In this document: piece after piece, positions 30,283 through 38,705 of the stretch
How positions within the stretch are numbered: the first letter of the stretch is position 1
Layout: each line of letters begins with the position of its first letter
Assembly: GCA_023898525.1 (NCBI GenBank)
Contig: CP060227.1
Span: forward strand, 173,634 to 237,633
Direction of reading: 5' to 3'
Length of the DNA stretch: 64,000 nucleotides
DNA from: Candidatus Nomurabacteria bacterium
Lineage (GTDB): Bacteria > Patescibacteriota > Minisyncoccia > Phycocordibacterales > UBA918
Position numbers and translations under genes: made by a program
The notes under the pieces: generated by a model
The model's database searches: none
The model's input: only the letters and a program-made list of their open reading frames with translations
What the model was told of the DNA's origin: nothing

Positions 30283-31299
30283 CTATCGTTTAGCTAGCAC
30301 TGTCCGTTTGTAGGTATCAAGGTGCTCTAATGCAATACCAGTACCGGTAGCCACACAAAAGAGTGCTTGGTCGGCCAATTGCGCCTTAACACCGGTACGC
30401 CGCTTGATTAATTCGGGAAAATTGCGCAACTGTGAAGTTCCACCAGTCATTATTATTCCACCATCGATAATATCCGAGGCTAGTTCCGGAGGAGTGTCTT
30501 GAAAAACATCCTTAATAGCTTTGACCATTTCTCGCAATTCTCGGCCAATTGCCCGCACTACTTCATTGGTACGCATCTCGGTAGTACGCGGCAAACCAGA
30601 CAAGACATCACGCCCTTTAATATCCATCACCAACTCCTCTTCCAAGGGCAAGGCCGAGCCGATAGTTATCTTAATTTCTTCAGCCGTTTTTTCACCAATA
30701 GATAAATTGCGAGTTTTTTTCACATAATCAACAATCGCTGTATCTATCCGGTTACCGGCGCATTTAACTGAGTTGGAAGCCACGATACCTCCCAAAGAAA
30801 TAACCGCCACATCGATCGTACCACCACCAATATCAATAATCATATGCCCCTGCGCCTCATAGATCGGCACCCCAGCCCCAATCGCCGCCAATATCGGCTC
30901 TTTTACCACATAGGCGTTCTTGGCCCCCGCCTTGATTGTCGCTTCCACCACAGCCCGTCTTTCGGTCGAAGTGACTCCCGCCGGCACTGACACCATCACA
31001 TCCGGTTTAAAAATATTGAATCGACCAAGGGCTTTGCGCAAAAAGTAGCGAAGCATAGCCTCAGTCACCCGATAGTCCGCAATTACTCCATCCTTCATCG
31101 GACGGTAAGCACGAATCGTATCTGGCGTACGACCAATCATCCGTTTTGCTTCAGCTCCAACTGCCACCACTCGGTTATCATCAGACACCGCCACCACCGA
31201 TGGTTCGTTTAGTACAATCCCGTGACCAGGTACAAACACCAGAATGCTGGTAGTACCAAGATCTATGCCAATTTTTGGGTTCAAATTATTCCAGGCCAT
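30283..31299 (-). CDS. second MreB-like actin homologue
   Basis: KIGIDLGTTSILVFV, DIGGGTIDVAV, GGIIMTGGTSQL; start set at MAWNNLNPKIGIDLG (ATG at 31299) rather than the ORF-track start 31377. Confidence 0.7.
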   Translation of the reverse strand: MAWNNLNPKIGIDLGTTSILVFVPGHGIVLNEPSVVAVSDDNRVVAVGAEAKRMIGRTPDTIRAYRPMKDGVIADYRVTEAMLRYFLRKALGRFNIFKPDVMVSVPAGVTSTERRAVVEATIKAGAKNAYVVKEPILAAIGAGVPIYEAQGHMIIDIGGGTIDVAVISLGGIVASNSVKCAGNRIDTAIVDYVKKTRNLSIGEKTAEEIKITIGSALPLEEELVMDIKGRDVLSGLPRTTEMRTNEVVRAIGRELREMVKAIKDVFQDTPPELASDIIDGGIIMTGGTSQLRNFPELIKRRTGVKAQLADQALFCVATGTGIALEHLDTYKRTVLAKR

Positions 31300-31465
31300 G
31301 TTTTGGGTATATATTACCTTCTTTCTCGAAAACAACAAAGGGTGGGCTAAAAAAATACCAAGGGTAACCCTAGGCAAGCCTGCCTAGGGTTACCCTTGGT
31401 ATTTCCCTTGGTATTTTTAGCCTTGGTATTCTACACTCTTTGACCACTAGCACCGTATAGCATAT

Positions 31466-32983
31466 ATGCTATACTGTGTTTCTATGTTAAATATTGGACA
31501 CAAGATAGCAGACTTACGAGAAACCAAGGGTATTACTCAGACCGAATTAGCCAAGACATTAAAAACCACCCAAAGTGCCGTAGCCAGAATGGAAGCTGGC
31601 AAGCAAAATATCAGCGCTGACATGCTCAAACGAATCGGTAAGGCGCTAGGCAAGAATCTGATCACTCTCTCCCCTGGTACAGTAAATGTAGAAATTGAAG
31701 GTGGACACAAACTAAACGGTACTATAGAAACCAACACCTCTAAAAATGGCGCTGTTGGCCTACTCTGTGCCAGCTTACTAAACCGTGGTACCACCACCCT
31801 GCACCGCATGCCCCGAATTGAAGAAGTACATCGCATCGTTGAAGTTCTAGAGAGCATCGGTAGTAGAGTTGAGTGGCAAGGTAGCACCATCACGATTACT
31901 CCACCCAAGAAATACCAACTCAACAAAATTGACGTTGAAGCTGCCAAGCGAACCCGCAGCATTGTCATGTTTATCGGTCCACTAATTCATCATTTTGCAA
32001 AATTTAACCTACCACAATCCGGTGGCTGCAAACTCGGTAGCCGCACCGTCAAGCCGCACTTTTTCGCCTTAGAGAACTTTGGTGTAAATATAAAGGCCAC
32101 AAATGACAGCTTTGAAATAACTAAAAGCAACAAGAGACCTTCAGAAGTCATCCTTTACGAATCAGGTGACACGGTTACTGAAAACGCACTGTTTGCCGCC
32201 GCCTTGACTCCTAACACTACCGTCATCAAATACGCCACCGCTAATTACATGGTGCAAGAAATCTGCATCTTTCTTCAACTACTAGGCGTAAAGATAGATG
32301 GCATTGGCACCACCACCCTAACCGTTACTGGAATATCAAATATTAATAAAAATGTTGAATACACCTTATCTGAAGACCCGACCGATAGTATGTTTTTCTT
32401 GGCTGCCGCTATCGTCACCAACTCAGCTATCACCATTACTCGCTGTCCGATTGATTTTCTAGAACTGGAGCTCTTAAAACTAGAAAAAATGGGCTTTAAG
32501 TACACTAAGTCCAAGCCTTACTTATCGCACAATAATTTCACCAAGCTGGTTGATATTACGACAAAACCATCAAAACTGGTCGCTCTTCATGAAAAAATTC
32601 ACCCTTCTGTTTACCCAGGCTTAAACATCGACAACCTTCCCTTCTTCGCCGTTATCGCTACGCAAGCTAAGGGTCAAACCCTGATTCACGACTGGGTCTA
32701 TGAGAAACGCGCCATTTATTTTACCGAACTCGAAAAACTAGGAGCTGACACCGTACTAGCTGACCCGCACCGCATCTTTATCACCGGACCAACCGAACTC
32801 AAAGCTAACGAACTTATCTGTCCACCTGCCCTCCGCCCGGCTACCATCCTTCTCATTGCCATGCTTGGAGCCAAGGGTCATAGCGTGCTTCGCAATATCT
32901 ACAGCATCAACCGTGGTTACGAAAACCTAGTAGAGCGCCTCGCTTCGCTCGGCGCTCAGATTAAGTACTTGGATGAGTTTTAA
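31466..32983 (+). CDS. murA: XRE-type HTH domain fused to UDP-N-acetylglucosamine 1-carboxyvinyltransferase (MurA)
   Basis: N-terminal HTH_3 (IGHKIADLRETKGITQTELAKTLKTTQSAVARMEAGKQNIS); EPT-fold body with catalytic-Cys loop SGGCKLGSRTVKPH aligning to E. coli PGGCTIGARPVDLH; C-terminal NRGYENLVERLASLGAQI. Confidence 0.6.
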   Translation: MLYCVSMLNIGHKIADLRETKGITQTELAKTLKTTQSAVARMEAGKQNISADMLKRIGKALGKNLITLSPGTVNVEIEGGHKLNGTIETNTSKNGAVGLLCASLLNRGTTTLHRMPRIEEVHRIVEVLESIGSRVEWQGSTITITPPKKYQLNKIDVEAAKRTRSIVMFIGPLIHHFAKFNLPQSGGCKLGSRTVKPHFFALENFGVNIKATNDSFEITKSNKRPSEVILYESGDTVTENALFAAALTPNTTVIKYATANYMVQEICIFLQLLGVKIDGIGTTTLTVTGISNINKNVEYTLSEDPTDSMFFLAAAIVTNSAITITRCPIDFLELELLKLEKMGFKYTKSKPYLSHNNFTKLVDITTKPSKLVALHEKIHPSVYPGLNIDNLPFFAVIATQAKGQTLIHDWVYEKRAIYFTELEKLGADTVLADPHRIFITGPTELKANELICPPALRPATILLIAMLGAKGHSVLRNIYSINRGYENLVERLASLGAQIKYLDEF

Positions 32984-33059
32984 GTTTGACAGAAGATATT
33001 ATTCATGTTATTTTCCAACAGTCTTGTAATTTAATTTGTTTTTTTGAGAGGATCTTTAA

Positions 33060-33395
33060 ATGAATACTAATGATATTAAACGTGTTTCAGCATGGACGAT
33101 TTTATTAACATCCCTTGTGATAGCAGTTCTGCTGGCCTACATAACCACAGAAATGTTAAAGTTTGGTGGATTGATAGTCCTGTCTCTGATTCTATACTTA
33201 TTAAAAACAAAAACCGAAAAGTACCTTGACAAACTCGATGATGAAAAACAACCTGGTTTTCACGACCTTCTATATATCTTACCGATATCTATCCTAACTT
33301 TTATCGTCTCTATGTTTATTTTTTATATATACACCACAGACGACAAACAGATAGTTGAAGCCCTTGAAGTTATAAAGTATTACACAATCAAATAG
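33060..33395 (+). CDS. small membrane protein (111 aa, 3 TM)
   Basis: hydrophobic ORF, no family assigned. Confidence 0.25.
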   Translation: MNTNDIKRVSAWTILLTSLVIAVLLAYITTEMLKFGGLIVLSLILYLLKTKTEKYLDKLDDEKQPGFHDLLYILPISILTFIVSMFIFYIYTTDDKQIVEALEVIKYYTIK

Positions 33396-33503
33396 AACTA
33401 CTAGCAGCTCTAGACCCTCCCGCCCATAAAAAGCGGGAGTTTGTTTTACTTCAAAACTCCCAAACCTTACAACTCCCCGCCATTTTGATACAATACTCCT
33501 CAC

Positions 33504-35399
33504 ATGTTCGTAATTCAGGTAATTCCCCTCATCAAAGCCACCAAAATCAACACCCTGACCTACTTCAGTAGCGTCAATTACGAAATCGGCACCATCTTAT
33601 CAGCGCCAATCAGAGGCAAAAGTCACCAAGCTATTGTGATTTCGAGTAAGGACGCCTCTGACTACAAGACCACCCTCCGCAATGCCTCATTCACCCTTCG
33701 CAAACTTCCCGAACAACAAAACACCACAACCGTACCGGCCAGTCTTCGCCAAACAGCTGAGAAACTAACCGAGAGCTATCCCAGCTCACTAGGAGCCATC
33801 ATGTATCAACTCCTATCACCCGACATTAGAAACGGCAACTATCAATACCCCACAGTCTCAGCCTTAACCCATCAAGAGGAAACGATACCGCAAATCCTCA
33901 CCGCTACCACCACCGAACGTTACGTAGCCTACCGCAGCTACATCCGTAGCACTTTGGCTAGACGTGGTTCGGTGATGTTCGTAGTTCCTAATTCAGCTGA
34001 TCTAGAGTACGCCAAAGCCAACCTCTCTCATGGGATTGAAGATAGAATCGTTATTTTTTCACCCTACCAGTCAAAGTCAGAAAGAAAGAAAGCTTACGCC
34101 GCCTTTGAAGACACTAGTATCGCTAAAGTGATTATCACAACCACCAGTCACGCTTATTTGGACCGAGTTGATCTGCTGACCATAATTATGGAAAACAGCG
34201 CCAGTAATCTGTATAAAGACCGTACTCGTCCCTACCTAGATCACCGCACTGCTCTTACTACCTTATCGAAAATCACCGGACGCAGTGTGTTACTGGGCGA
34301 TATTTTACCGCGCAGCGAAGATGAGCATTATCGTCGTCAGGATCTGTTCATTACCTACAACGAGGAAACCAAGCGCATCCCCTTTTCCAGTCCGATTACC
34401 ATTATCGAACAAAAAGACAAACCTTCACCCGACCTACCTTTCATGTTATTTTCCCCGGAGTTGAAAAGGCGTGCTATCAGTGCCCTAGAAGGTCGAGGAC
34501 GAGTCTTCATGTATGGAGCCAGACGAGGTATTGCGCCTGTCGTAGCCTGTGTTGACTGTGGTTTTATTTTTCGTTGTCCTGACTCAAACACTCCCTACTC
34601 TCTAATCCGTACTTACAACAAAGCCGGTGAGGAAGATAGGTGGTTTGTTTCTAGCACCTCCGGTCGACGCGTACGCGCTTCTGACACCTGTACCAACTGT
34701 GGTTCATGGCGGCTAAAGCAACGCGGCATTGGTATTCAGCACGTTTTTGATGAATGTGTGGCTAACTTCCCAAACAATAAAGTACTGTTATTTGATAACC
34801 AGACCGCTTCCACCAAACGTCGCGCTAGCAAAATTATCGACGAATTCTATTCTGACCGAGGCACGATACTCGTTGGTACACAAATGGCTTTAGCTTATCT
34901 GAGTCAAAAAGGAATAGACCTAAGCGCCGTAGTATCGCTGGACGCTGCCCGCTCCAACCCAACCTGGCGGGCCGACGAGGAGATTTTCCGTCTTTTGCTA
35001 CAACTACGGGATCTTTCCCATAAAGAAGTGTTGGTCCAAACCAGAACAGAACCAGACGATTTAATGCATTACATAAAAACCGGCAGTCTAGAAAGTTTTT
35101 ACAACGATGAGCTGGCCTTGCGTGAAGCGTTAAATTATCCCCCATTTTCAACCTTTATCCTAATGAGTTGGACCGGCAACAAAGACTTTATAGCCACGAC
35201 CGAAAATACCATTAAGTCACTAACCAAACCGCACGAGGCGTTTTTCTATACCAATCCTAATTTCGGCAAAGATAAATTCTTACGCCATGCTTTATTTAGA
35301 CTACCAGCCAAAAGCCAAGCTCTTAAAGATTTAATCAAAGTCAGCAGCGAACTTCCTCCATACGTACGAATAGAAATTGACCCTAATCGCATTGTCTAG
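33504..35399 (+). CDS. priA: primosomal protein N' (PriA)-like protein with degenerate Walker A and DEAH motifs
   Basis: N-terminal 3'BD-like region, CxxC...C...CxxC zinc-finger block (CVDCGFIFRCPD...CTNCGS), ILVGTQMA helicase-C motif; Walker A position reads TATTTERY and DEEH position reads MENS. Confidence 0.55.
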   Translation: MFVIQVIPLIKATKINTLTYFSSVNYEIGTILSAPIRGKSHQAIVISSKDASDYKTTLRNASFTLRKLPEQQNTTTVPASLRQTAEKLTESYPSSLGAIMYQLLSPDIRNGNYQYPTVSALTHQEETIPQILTATTTERYVAYRSYIRSTLARRGSVMFVVPNSADLEYAKANLSHGIEDRIVIFSPYQSKSERKKAYAAFEDTSIAKVIITTTSHAYLDRVDLLTIIMENSASNLYKDRTRPYLDHRTALTTLSKITGRSVLLGDILPRSEDEHYRRQDLFITYNEETKRIPFSSPITIIEQKDKPSPDLPFMLFSPELKRRAISALEGRGRVFMYGARRGIAPVVACVDCGFIFRCPDSNTPYSLIRTYNKAGEEDRWFVSSTSGRRVRASDTCTNCGSWRLKQRGIGIQHVFDECVANFPNNKVLLFDNQTASTKRRASKIIDEFYSDRGTILVGTQMALAYLSQKGIDLSAVVSLDAARSNPTWRADEEIFRLLLQLRDLSHKEVLVQTRTEPDDLMHYIKTGSLESFYNDELALREALNYPPFSTFILMSWTGNKDFIATTENTIKSLTKPHEAFFYTNPNFGKDKFLRHALFRLPAKSQALKDLIKVSSELPPYVRIEIDPNRIV

Positions 35400-35433
35400 G
35401 TTAGAAAAATGTGTTATTTTTCGCATTATAACT

Positions 35434-35979
35434 ATGTCAAAATTAGTACCAGAAAGTCACACCGCCCTGCATATTATTTCAGAGGAAGTTACACCTGAAG
35501 AATTTACTGATGGCACAGTAAAAAAAATACTAAAAGGCATGCGTGCCGCGATTAAAACCTACGAAGTAGATGGTTTTATCGCTGTAGCTATCGCCGCGCC
35601 GCAGATTGGTGTGGCCAAGCGTATTTTTCTAGTTGAAGACCAAACTCAAAAGAAAAGCGAGGACGAGGAAGATCGACTTCCCACCTTAGTCGCTATTAAC
35701 CCAAGAATAATAAAAACCTCTAAGAAAACCCACCTGGTCGGTGAAGGTTGTCTGTCAGTAAAAGACCGCTATGGTACAGTCCGCCGCGCCACCAATGTCA
35801 CCTTTGAAGCCTTGGACGAGAACGGTGAAAAATACACCAGAGGAGCTGGTGGACTCTTGGCGCAAATAATACAGCACGAATACAATCACTTGGACGGAAT
35901 CCTTTTTGTCGATGTGGCAGAAAAAGTCTGGGAGAAAAAAGACAATGAACCAACCAATGAAGAAAACGATGCAGAATAA
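35434..35979 (+). CDS. def: peptide deformylase
   Basis: GIAVAIAAPQIG (motif 1), EGCLSV (motif 2), HEYNHLDG (motif 3); start taken at MSKLVPESH to avoid overlap with priA. Confidence 0.8.
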   Translation: MSKLVPESHTALHIISEEVTPEEFTDGTVKKILKGMRAAIKTYEVDGFIAVAIAAPQIGVAKRIFLVEDQTQKKSEDEEDRLPTLVAINPRIIKTSKKTHLVGEGCLSVKDRYGTVRRATNVTFEALDENGEKYTRGAGGLLAQIIQHEYNHLDGILFVDVAEKVWEKKDNEPTNEENDAE

Positions 35980-36844
35980 TCTTAATCTAAAAATTACCTA
36001 CTTTGGCGGTGAACCGCTGTCAATGCCGGTACTAGAAGAATTGAAAAAGTCAGGAATCCTCCCTAACTTGGTTATTTGCAACCCCGATCGACCAAGTGGC
36101 CGAAAAAAACAGCTTACTCCCCCGCCAACCAAAGTTTGGGCAGAAGAAAATGGTATCGAAGTTTTCCAACCAGAAAGTTATAAAGACGAAGATGTTAAAA
36201 CCAAACTAGCGTCTGGAAATTTCGACCTGTTTGTCGTGGTGGCATACAACAAAATCTTACCTAAGTGGCTAATTGATCTACCCAAATTTAAAACCATCAA
36301 CGTTCACCCATCACTTCTTCCAAAGTTACGTGGCCCGAGCCCGATTCGTAGTGCTATTTTAAACGACCAGCGCGAAACCGGCGTTTCCATCATAGTCCTA
36401 GACGAAGAAATGGATCACGGACCAATTATCGCCCAAGCTAAAGTGACTATACCATCAGAAAAATGGCCGATTAGCGGCACCGAACTGGACATGACCTTAG
36501 GACAAATCGGTGGCAAACTCTTAGCCAAGACGATACCAAACTGGACTTCGGGCAATATTACACCTACAGACCAAGACCACAGCCAAGCAACTTTATGTAC
36601 CAAAATCACTAAAAACATGGGTGAGTTGCAGCTCGACCCATACAACTTGCCCAAAGGAGAAGGAGCCTATAAAGCCCTTCTAAAAATCCGCGCTTTTGCT
36701 GGCTGGCCGGAAACTTTTTTTATATACAATGACAAGCGTTTTAAAATCAAAGAGGCTGTGTTGACTAACTCTGGTCAGCTTGTAATCAACAAAATAGTAC
36801 CAGAAGGAAAATCCGAGACTGATTTTTCAGCTTATTTTAAGTAG
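35969..36844 (+). CDS. fmt: methionyl-tRNA formyltransferase
   Basis: ITYFGGEPLSMPVLEEL, NVHPSLLPKLRGPSPIRSAIL (formyltransferase SLLP/HxSLLP motif), C-terminal Fmt domain; start ambiguous (35945-35969). Confidence 0.8.
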   Translation: MQNNLNLKITYFGGEPLSMPVLEELKKSGILPNLVICNPDRPSGRKKQLTPPPTKVWAEENGIEVFQPESYKDEDVKTKLASGNFDLFVVVAYNKILPKWLIDLPKFKTINVHPSLLPKLRGPSPIRSAILNDQRETGVSIIVLDEEMDHGPIIAQAKVTIPSEKWPISGTELDMTLGQIGGKLLAKTIPNWTSGNITPTDQDHSQATLCTKITKNMGELQLDPYNLPKGEGAYKALLKIRAFAGWPETFFIYNDKRFKIKEAVLTNSGQLVINKIVPEGKSETDFSAYFK

Positions 36845-36850
36845 AATTTA

Positions 36851-36900
36851 AAAATAAAAGCCGCGTCGAGCAAATTTGCTCGACGCGGCTTTTATTTTTT
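36851..36900. terminator. bidirectional intrinsic terminator (GCCGCGTCGAGCAAA/TTTGCTCGACGCGGC flanked by A-run and T-run)
   Basis: perfect 15-bp palindrome between convergent fmt (+) and hpf (-). Confidence 0.7.
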
Positions 36901-37270
36901 AAATTTCTCCTCCTGACCGCATCGCTTCCTTTATTTCTCGACCACCCTTTTTCATTAAAGTCTGTCGCTTACTACTATCCTTATTTAACTCCCGATCAAG
37001 CTCCTCCTTAACTTCATCGATAGCGTTTTCAAAAGTATCTTTAGTTGCTTCCGCGCGGTGCATTTTTCCACTCAACCATAGATTAGCTTCAACTCTGTAT
37101 ATATCACCAGTATTATGTGAAGCGATTTTTTCAAATTCTACTTCACACTTCAAATCAGTTTCATCACCAATATATTTCTCTAGAGAAGTAAACTTTTGCT
37201 CAACCAGATCGTGAAGTTTTTCTTCAACCGTTACATTTGTGTTCCTGAATATTATGTTTGAGAATGACAT
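36899..37270 (-). CDS. hpf: ribosome hibernation promoting factor (short HPF/RaiA type)
   Basis: 123 aa; NVTVEEKLHDLVEQKFTSLEKY...VEANLWLSGKMHRAEA typical of sigma-54 modulation/S30EA family. Confidence 0.7.
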   Translation of the reverse strand: MSFSNIIFRNTNVTVEEKLHDLVEQKFTSLEKYIGDETDLKCEVEFEKIASHNTGDIYRVEANLWLSGKMHRAEATKDTFENAIDEVKEELDRELNKDSSKRQTLMKKGGREIKEAMRSGGEI

Positions 37271-37293
37271 ATTTTTTTCTTAATTCTTATACC

Positions 37294-37515
37294 CTACATC
37301 TTTACATCAAAAATTTTGTTACCCGAGTGATGTCCAGAGACAATCCTTACCGCTTTTACACTTACCCCGAGGTTTTCTGCCAGCAATTCTCTGACTCTCT
37401 GATTGGCTAAATTTCTTTCCGCTGGCGCTTTAACTGCCATTTCATAAACCAACTCACCTGTTTTCTCTACTGTCTCCTTTTTGGCTTTTGGTGTCACCCG
37501 CACCTTTACATACAT
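37294..37515 (-). CDS. DUF167 (YggU-like) protein
   Basis: 73 aa; VRVTPKAKKETVEKTG...VKAPAERNLANQRVRELLAENLGV pattern of DUF167. Confidence 0.55.
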   Translation of the reverse strand: MYVKVRVTPKAKKETVEKTGELVYEMAVKAPAERNLANQRVRELLAENLGVSVKAVRIVSGHHSGNKIFDVKM

Positions 37516-37518
37516 ACA

Positions 37519-37830
37519 CTAACCCTCACAAGAGACACAGGCGCTGTCACTAATGTGTATACGAGGTCGAGCCGGAGTAGCAGCCGTCTTTCCATAGTTA
37601 GTTTGCAAATGTGCCACTATATCATCGGATTCGTGAAGGGCAGCTTCTTTGTCAGTGTCTATCAAAAATGGAGTTTGTGAGCTATTCCCTTTTTCTTGAA
37701 GTTCAGCCAAATTAGCCGACTCAGTCACATCTTTTAGTTCAACCTCTAGATCCAAACGGTCAATTACCGCCAGTACTCGACGGCAAAAAGAACAATTGGG
37801 TTTATAGTAAAGTGTAAGCATACAAAACAT
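37519..37830 (-). CDS. glutaredoxin/NrdH-like small thioredoxin-fold protein
   Basis: LTLYYKPNCSFCRRV (CxxC), TPFLI motif; C-terminal extra Cys pair (CVSC). Confidence 0.5.
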   Translation of the reverse strand: MFCMLTLYYKPNCSFCRRVLAVIDRLDLEVELKDVTESANLAELQEKGNSSQTPFLIDTDKEAALHESDDIVAHLQTNYGKTAATPARPRIHISDSACVSCEG

Positions 37831-37908
37831 TAAACTTGTAACTCGTTCATTATACTACATCTCATAAAGTTGAACACCAGTTGATAAATACACCAAAATA
37901 GAGCTTAT

Positions 37909-37931
37909 GCCCCGCAGCTACGCTGCGGGGC
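37909..37931. repeat. GC-rich palindrome GCCCCGCAGC-TAC-GCTGCGGGGC (related to the 30232..30278 hairpin)
   Basis: seen directly in the 235-bp intergenic region upstream of the tRNA. Confidence 0.5.
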
Positions 37932-37975
37932 ACCCACCATCCCTCCACACAAACACATGCCTCCAGCGGCAAAAG

Positions 37976-38003
37976 TTGAATATTCCAATTTTTTCTGTAC
38001 AAT
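37976..38003 (+). promoter_or_regulatory. candidate sigma70-like promoter (TTGAAT-16 nt-TACAAT) about 60 nt upstream of tRNA-Asn
   Basis: hexamer match by eye; spacing 16 nt. Confidence 0.3.
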
Positions 38004-38099
38004 ACAACCACTTGAGTCAAACCAGACTTAAGTGGCTAATAGCCAGAACAATCACAATTAAATATTCCGCCGTAGCTCAGTGGTAGAGCAGTTGGCTGT

Positions 38100-38705
38100 G
38101 AACACACCGTGTTTCAAGCCTGATATACTAAATACAATGAGTGTACCAGACAAAAGAACATATGCCGATCGTGCCGAGTATTTGAAAAAAGCTGTTTCTG
38201 ACAGAAGAAGAAAACTGAAGGAAATGGCAATTGAATACGGGGGTGGCAAATGTCAAATTTGTGGTTATAAAAAATGCAAGAGAGCTTTAAGCTTTCACCA
38301 CAAAGATGCTAACAAGAAAGACTTTGGTCTTTCTGCAAAAGGACTCACTAGATCTTGGAATAAGATCAAGAAAGAACTTGATAAATGCATCCTAGTTTGT
38401 GCAAATTGCCACATGGAACTACACGATGGTATCACGCAGCTTCCTACTGAAAAGTAGGTCGAAAACGAGGTGAATTGCTGGAAGCCTTAGCAAGTAATGT
38501 TGCAGGTAATCAGCAGCCAAGCTTGAGTTGAAAAACTCTTGAAGGTTCAGAGACTATCCTTTATGGAGTACCCAGCTCTAGATTTAATTTTCAAAATTTT
38601 GAAAATTAAATCTAGAGCTGGGGAAGCGCCTCGCATCCAACAACAGCAAAAAACTGAAAAGGATGATGATATAGTCCACCCCTTTTAGAAATATTAGGAC
38701 AAGTG
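38100..38705 (+). mobile_element. group I self-splicing intron with embedded HNH homing endonuclease ORF
   Basis: conserved P (AATTGCTGGAAG 38473-84), Q (AATCAGCAGCC 38508-18), R (GTTCAGAGACTA 38545-56), S (ATGATATAGTCC 38665-76) elements; 26-bp perfect P8-position hairpin 38571..38623; intron preceded by U and ends in G. Confidence 0.75.
38137..38457 (+). CDS. HNH (His-Me finger) homing endonuclease encoded in the 5' peripheral region of the group I intron
   Basis: CQICGY...ALSFHHKD...CANCHMELH (four Cys plus HH...N...H); 107 aa from ATG 38137 (ORF track extends upstream via GTG into the tRNA exon). Confidence 0.7.
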   Translation: MSVPDKRTYADRAEYLKKAVSDRRRKLKEMAIEYGGGKCQICGYKKCKRALSFHHKDANKKDFGLSAKGLTRSWNKIKKELDKCILVCANCHMELHDGITQLPTEK

